20,000 nucleotides of DNA from an uncultured virus (IMG/VR IMGVR_UViG_3300033153_010090) (taxonomy: Duplodnaviria > Heunggongvirae > Uroviricota > Caudoviricetes). Position 1 is the first letter of the stretch. Each line of letters opens with the position of its first letter. The notes beneath the pieces are model-generated. The model worked only from the letters and a program-made list of their open reading frames with translations. It was not told where the DNA came from and did not search any database. Below, in pieces: positions 15,638 to 20,000 of the stretch. Position numbers and translations under genes: made by a program. Where the stretch lies: IMG/VR virus record IMGVR_UViG_3300033153_010090. One strand, 5' to 3'.

Positions 15638-15808
15638 ATGAGCGAGAAGATTCAGCGGGAAAGCCATCTGCCGGGGAAGCTCGAGGAGAAGCTCGTGGAG
15701 CTCGAGGAGGTGATGAAGCAAAGCCGTGCTGCCCCTGAAGGAAGCGTGGAGAAGGTCAAGCTCATCCAGAAGGAGAACGAGCTCCGACGCGCACTGCTGG
15801 GACAGTAA
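15638..15808 (+). CDS. small coiled-coil hypothetical protein (56 aa, MSEKIQRESHLPGKLEEKL...)
   Basis: Promoter motif and canonical RBS; below the ORF-track cutoff. Confidence 0.75.
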   Translation: MSEKIQRESHLPGKLEEKLVELEEVMKQSRAAPEGSVEKVKLIQKENELRRALLGQ

Positions 15809-15900
15809 ATACGCCGTGTGTTTCAACCAAGAAGGAGGCTGATGTGTTGAAGGTGACGAACACGAGCAAGGAGCAGGTGAACCCCGCCAGCTAGTCCATG

Positions 15901-15927
15901 GAGAGCGCCCGCGGCTCTCTTTTAGCC
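15901..15927 (+). terminator. hairpin + TTTTAGCC terminator-like element
   Basis: GAGAGC-GCCCGCG-GCTCTC-TTTTAGCC. Confidence 0.65.
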
Positions 15928-15996
15928 TACAGAGTAGTGGGTCTTCTTCTCTTGGCCTGGGCTCCGTGTGAAGATGCTGATTCTGGAGGTGTGCTC

Positions 15997-16662
15997 ATGG
16001 ACTCATGTACGTTGTGGTCGTTCAGCGATGAGCTGGAGAAGATTGCCAAAGCTCGAGCGACAGCGCGACAGCTGCGCAAGATGGTGAAGAAGCTCTACCC
16101 CGAACAATCCGGGATGGACCTTCACGATCTTCGTGACCTGCGCATCGCGACACACCACGGTACTGGCGCTAGACAGGTTCCGCTGAAGCAGCGGCTTGAA
16201 TCATACAAACAATGGAAGAAGACGGGTACCCTACCGAGGATAGAGAACTCCGATACAGGCGCCCTGCAAATCTCCAAACACCAAGGCTCCCACCCCATCA
16301 AGTATGTTCGGAGTAAAGAACCAGTCAAAGTCTTCTCCGGTGGCGGTGAGGAAGGCCTCGAGCGTGCTGTGAGAAGCCCCGGTACCCCACTGGACAGCAG
16401 GTTCGTCATCCCCGGCCAGCAACGCACGCAGGATGTCGGCCTCTACGCTGCAAAGGACCCTAGACACGTCGGACCCTATATCGGCAAGAGTCCTATCCGC
16501 AGAGATACCCCAGCTGTCGCAGAAATCACCGTCCCGCGGTCGAACGTCGTCGAGCATGGCTACGAGACCGTGATTCCAGGTGGGACCAAGATGAAAGCCC
16601 TCATCCGACCCGAAGGCTACCCCCGCGGCTTCAAAACCCAGACGCCTACCATCCCTCGCTAG
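15997..16662 (+). CDS. basic hypothetical protein with DELEKIA leader; possible ADP-ribosyltransferase-like C-terminal half
   Basis: GGAGG RBS; FSDELEKIA; VKVFSG...GLYAAKD...Y...VAEITVP...ETVI pattern (fold call tentative). Confidence 0.7.
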   Translation: MDSCTLWSFSDELEKIAKARATARQLRKMVKKLYPEQSGMDLHDLRDLRIATHHGTGARQVPLKQRLESYKQWKKTGTLPRIENSDTGALQISKHQGSHPIKYVRSKEPVKVFSGGGEEGLERAVRSPGTPLDSRFVIPGQQRTQDVGLYAAKDPRHVGPYIGKSPIRRDTPAVAEITVPRSNVVEHGYETVIPGGTKMKALIRPEGYPRGFKTQTPTIPR

Positions 16663-17151
16663 CCCCCACCTCCCCACGAAAAATCCGCGGGAGTGACTCC
16701 CCACATCCCCCAAAGAATTTCTCACCGTGTGGTTACTACATAGCCACCGTGCCCGCACCGTCTCGCTCTCCTTTAACCGCTCTCTGTCTCATGCCCATCT
16801 ATGACCATATATTTCCCCCAGCCCCCTGCGATAGGTGGTCCTCTGTGTCTAAGTACCCGCCCCCCTACCACCATACTGTTAGCCATACTTAGCTCAGACT
16901 CTTGTGCTGTACGTGAGTGACACTCACGTGGCTCTGACCTGTCCCCCCACTCATGCTCACTAGAGAGTGATACACGCTGTGTACGATAGCCATAGGGGTG
17001 AGCCTGAGGAGGTGCACGGTGGACAGTACACCTATGGGCCCTATGAACCCTACAGTCCCCTTCCCCCTTGTGCAGGATGGCCCGTGCTGTGTATCATGTC
17101 GTGGATTAAGCCCTGTGGGGCTAGGCCCCAGGCGGGGCGTTTGGGGGTCTC

Positions 17152-17679
17152 ATGTCTCAGGAGCGTCTGGTAGGGGAAGTGCCTGTGGTTCGCTTTGAGC
17201 TGGAATATGCCGATGGCCGGATTCGCCGCCTTTTGGGTGAGGACGCTGAAGCGTGGAAGAGCTGGCTTGATGGGGCTGCTGCTATGGCAGAGAATCACAA
17301 CATTCTTGCGCCCAGGGGGATGAAGTGGATAGACATCCCGACACTAGGGGAGCCGAGGGGCAGGACGAAGGAGCTGGTTACAGACGACTCTCCGCCGGGG
17401 CCGATACAGACCTCCATGGAGCGAGCTCTATACGACGAGTACCTGGGGGTGGACTTTGGAGAGCAGCCGTCCAGGGTAATCATCGCCGGCGCTGCGGTGA
17501 AGAAGCTCGACCTACACAAGGAGCCGAGGGGCAAGACCGAGGTGCACAAAACCTTCGACGGCCCTGTAGCGATCACCATGCCGCCTTTGGCGCCTGTGGA
17601 GGCTGAGAGCCTGACATTGAGCAGCGGCCCGGGCGTTCAGGCGGCCTACCAGATGGGGGATGAGGAGGATAAGTCATGA
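17152..17679 (+). CDS. hypothetical protein with terminase-like motif fragments
   Basis: ILAPRGMK, PRGRTKELVTDD and YLGVDFG; ATGA overlap with next gene. Confidence 0.75.
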   Translation: MSQERLVGEVPVVRFELEYADGRIRRLLGEDAEAWKSWLDGAAAMAENHNILAPRGMKWIDIPTLGEPRGRTKELVTDDSPPGPIQTSMERALYDEYLGVDFGEQPSRVIIAGAAVKKLDLHKEPRGKTEVHKTFDGPVAITMPPLAPVEAESLTLSSGPGVQAAYQMGDEEDKS

Positions 17680-17900
17680 GTGGAGACATGGTTCTGAGGT
17701 CGGAGATCGGGCATCCAGTGTTCAGCAGCACAACGCTGAAGATGGAGATGGACCTCATGGTCACGATGGATGTAGGCGCGCTAATCGAAGAACGCGGGGC
17801 AGGCTACAAGGCCTTCTTGGCGAAGCTGGTGATCGAGGTGTCCAAGCACCTGTCCTGCGACCGCACGCTGGAGGACATGTTCAACCAGGGAGAGTCATGA
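17676..17900 (+). CDS. hypothetical protein (74 aa)
   Basis: GAGGAGG RBS; ATGA overlaps. Confidence 0.75.
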   Translation: MSGDMVLRSEIGHPVFSSTTLKMEMDLMVTMDVGALIEERGAGYKAFLAKLVIEVSKHLSCDRTLEDMFNQGES

Positions 17901-18304
17901 GCAAGCAGCTGGTCAGGCTTCTCTACGCCGGCCTGGAGCGGGACGTGGGCTTCGACAGCCAGGACTTCCAGCGCATCCGTGGCGCCATCGAGGACATCCC
18001 CGGCGTTCGCAGCTGCAGGGAGCTCAAGAGTGTTGGGCCCAGCGACCTCATCCACCGGCTCACCTTCTTGGCCGAGGTACGGGCGAGGATGGAGAAGGCC
18101 TTCAAGGGCCCTGTTGGTCCGCCGTCGGCCTGTGCAATGGCGCTACTGGTGATTGACGAGATGGGAGAGGAGCAGAGCAAGAAGCTCCGGGGCGATTCGG
18201 AGGAGAAGGAGGAGCTGAAATGTGCTTGTGGCTGGGAGGGGACAGTGCTGAGTGACCGACTTCGCCACACCACTTGCCCGCGCTGTGGGGTGCTGGTGTT
18301 CTAG
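17897..18304 (+). CDS. hypothetical protein with C-terminal zinc ribbon (135 aa)
   Basis: GGGAGA RBS; CACG...CPRCG. Confidence 0.75.
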   Translation: MSKQLVRLLYAGLERDVGFDSQDFQRIRGAIEDIPGVRSCRELKSVGPSDLIHRLTFLAEVRARMEKAFKGPVGPPSACAMALLVIDEMGEEQSKKLRGDSEEKEELKCACGWEGTVLSDRLRHTTCPRCGVLVF

Positions 18305-18930
18305 TCAGTGGTGAAGGGCAGGAAGTCCTGAACATGCTGGCCCAGGGTCTTGGGCTGCTTCACCTTGGCCATGGCTGCATCGATAGCCGGGCTCTTGGCA
18401 CCTTGACCGCGCATCTTGGCGGCCACGTCCATGCTCTTGTTCAACGACGCCTGGCGAGCACCAAGGTTGGACAGCGGTGGGATCTTGCCGCCCTTCGTGG
18501 CCTTGCCCAGGCTACCAATGGCCTTGCCGATGTCGGGGATGCGCAGCTTGAAGCCTGCCAGCTTCTCCTCGGCCAGGAGCTCGAGCTCTGCCCTCTTCTC
18601 AACTTGTCGAGAGATCTTCCTGGAACTCTTCCCTCTCTCGATAAGCCGCTTACCCGCAGGCGACGTTGGGTCTGCAGCTGCAGCACGACCTCGACCGCGG
18701 GCCCTCAGCCGCGCACGAGAGTAGAACTCACCTGTGCTGATTGGAGAGATGTCACCTTGGTTCAAAGACCGACGTTTCGCCTTGAAGTTCTTGTGTAGCT
18801 TGGACATCTGATTGAGCACGTTCTTCGACCTGGCCTGCTTCTCCAGTTCTTCTTGGGCCAGTTCTTCTAGCTCCAGCTCTTCAGCTGCCATCTTATCCAG
18901 CCCGATGCGTTCGATCAGCTCACGGATCAT
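18301..18930 (-). CDS. basic hypothetical protein with acidic leader and repeated (D/E)KxA motifs, possibly virion-associated
   Basis: GGAGGTGA RBS; DKMA, EKQA, EKRA, EKLA. Confidence 0.75.
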   Translation of the reverse strand: MIRELIERIGLDKMAAEELELEELAQEELEKQARSKNVLNQMSKLHKNFKAKRRSLNQGDISPISTGEFYSRARLRARGRGRAAAADPTSPAGKRLIERGKSSRKISRQVEKRAELELLAEEKLAGFKLRIPDIGKAIGSLGKATKGGKIPPLSNLGARQASLNKSMDVAAKMRGQGAKSPAIDAAMAKVKQPKTLGQHVQDFLPFTTD

Positions 18931-18967
18931 GGGTCACCTCCAAGGCCCAATCGTGCCATGGACCGCG

Positions 18968-18995
18968 GGCTAAGAGAAGTCCATGAGGACCTCTC
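18968..18995 (-). terminator. hairpin + TTAGCC terminator-like element
   Basis: Minus strand GAGAGGTCC-TCAT-GGACTTCTC-TTAGCC. Confidence 0.7.
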
Positions 18996-19008
18996 AGCGC
19001 TCGAGCAG

Positions 19009-19122
19009 CTAGCTCTTGAGCGCAATGTGAATCACGATGGCCAGAGCGATGAGCACAACCCCGAAGGGCAACGTGAACACGCCGACCAAGCCGATGAGCG
19101 TAGCGACTCCACGCGCTGCCAT
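19009..19122 (-). CDS. small membrane protein (37 aa, MAARGVATLIGLVGVFTLPFGVVLIALAIVIHIALKS)
   Basis: Own promoter motif, AAGGAGG RBS and terminator; almost fully hydrophobic; below the ORF-track cutoff. Confidence 0.75.
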   Translation of the reverse strand: MAARGVATLIGLVGVFTLPFGVVLIALAIVIHIALKS

Positions 19123-19143
19123 GGCGTCCTCCTTCCTCTACTC

Positions 19144-19157
19144 TTCTTATACCGGAA
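19144..19157 (-). promoter_or_regulatory. repeated phage promoter-like motif (TTCCGGTATAAGAA)
   Basis: Minus-strand copy directly after a hairpin-TTAGCC element. Confidence 0.7.
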
Positions 19158-19159
19158 AC

Positions 19160-19189
19160 GGCTAAGAGAAGCTCGTGTGAGCGTCTCCC
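19160..19189 (-). terminator. hairpin + TTAGCC terminator-like element
   Basis: Minus strand GGGAGACGCTC-ACAC-GAGCTTCTC-TTAGCC. Confidence 0.65.
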
Positions 19190-19199
19190 GTTGGGTGAA

Positions 19200-19469
19200 T
19201 CAGTCCTCCAGGTAGGGGTCCAAGGCCACGTTGTAGCCGCCGGCGTGGGCGAGCCACATGTAGTCGTGGGCCTTGCGAGCCGTCATTGCAACGGCCTGGG
19301 AGAACTGCTCGCGGATGGGCTTGGGCATATGCTTGCCGTCACGCTGGAAGATCTCCATCAGGAGCTTCGCGTTCTCAAGCTCGGCAGCACCTATGCGGTA
19401 GAACACCTGCATCCGAACAAGGTGGGTCTTGGCGCGATCGTAGTCCTGTGCCATGTGCAGAGGGTTCAT
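19200..19469 (-). CDS. hypothetical protein (89 aa)
   Basis: AAGGAGGCCATCATG start after the promoter motif. Confidence 0.85.
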   Translation of the reverse strand: MNPLHMAQDYDRAKTHLVRMQVFYRIGAAELENAKLLMEIFQRDGKHMPKPIREQFSQAVAMTARKAHDYMWLAHAGGYNVALDPYLED

Positions 19470-19492
19470 GATGGCCTCCTTCTTTGGTACCT

Positions 19493-19506
19493 TTCTTATA
19501 CCGAAA
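19493..19506 (-). promoter_or_regulatory. repeated phage promoter-like motif (TTTCGGTATAAGAA)
   Basis: Minus-strand TGATTTCGGTATAAGAA, same as the copies at 2556 and 5064. Confidence 0.7.
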
Positions 19507-19531
19507 TCAAGGAGTCAGCTGCAGGGCACAC

Positions 19532-19786
19532 TCATGCAACAGCCCGCTCCCTCTGGGTGCTTTCCCAGAGGTCAGCGAGACTGTCGACGATGGTTGGGTT
19601 GTTGTAGCGGGCTTTGAGTTCAGACTGGACAGCAGAGAGATAGTGTCGAGTCCGACTCATCTCGGAGCTGGTGAAGTCCGAAGAGCGCAGCGCAGAAAGG
19701 TAGACTCTCTCGATCTGCTCCAGCCTCTCCGTTGAGAGCAGGTCCATCCTGTATGGGCTCGTCTCCGCGACTCGTGGTCGTCCCAT
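19532..19786 (-). CDS. hypothetical protein (84 aa); frame ambiguous
   Basis: Protein-like helical sequence, but it overlaps ORF 19620-19847, which has the better RBS. Confidence 0.45.
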   Translation of the reverse strand: MGRPRVAETSPYRMDLLSTERLEQIERVYLSALRSSDFTSSEMSRTRHYLSAVQSELKARYNNPTIVDSLADLWESTQRERAVA

Positions 19787-20000
19787 TGTCGTACATCCCC
19801 CTCACATCTGCTGCCATCTCGAGGTCCGTCGGTCTGAAGTAACTCATCGCATCCTCCCACCCAAAGGGGCGGAATCCTGTCTACCGTAGCATGAGATGTC
19901 AAGCAGTGAATTGACCGCGGTCGATTGAAGGTCTGGATGGCAGATAATGCCATGGCTCCAACGGCACTAGCTCGCAATGGTACACGAGTTGTCACACAGC

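Noticed and set aside
14570..15640. Recurring intergenic repeats as a CRISPR array
   Set aside because: The repeats are degenerate and separated by whole genes of 400-550 nt rather than 30-40 nt spacers; no cas genes.
16967..17198. Short ORFs 16967-17173 and 16998-17198
   Set aside because: No clear RBS, atypical composition, and overlap with the start of the better-supported 17152 gene.
18944..18958. Sigma54-like TGGCACG upstream of 18301-18930 on the minus strand
   Set aside because: No TTGC at the required -12 spacing.
3281..19189. Hairpin-TTAG elements as integron attC sites
   Set aside because: They lack the RYYYAAC...GTTRRRY ends and the attC length, and no integrase is present in the window.

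Overview
This ~60% GC window looks like an accessory/early-gene region of a large dsDNA phage (inference: dense short ORFans, many CxxC zinc-ribbon proteins, no housekeeping operons, no rRNA/tRNA/CRISPR seen). Recognisable genes are a NADAR (YbiA-like) protein, a MerR-type HTH regulator, an HhH-GPD DNA glycosylase-like protein, a transglutaminase-like Cys protease, an AAA_33/PNK-like P-loop kinase and a YkuD-like putative cell-wall enzyme. Three things stand out. (1) A 535-aa ORF (7723-9330) strings together short motifs resembling terminase Walker A, Walker B and nuclease sites, a portal motif and a family-A DNA polymerase motif, without the domains around them. A second ORF (17152-17679) shows a weaker terminase-only version. 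These are candidate decoy/mimic proteins. (2) A modular expression grammar: 14 copies of a TTYGRNATAAGAA promoter-like motif, a stereotyped AAGGAGGCCA(TC)ATG ribosome-binding site, and 11 hairpins ending in TTAG(CC). (3) Two promoter-to-terminator units with no convincing ORF (4476-4547, 5081-5247); the first carries an 11-nt exact complement of the shared RBS/start region. All family calls come from motif recognition by eye; no database search was run.
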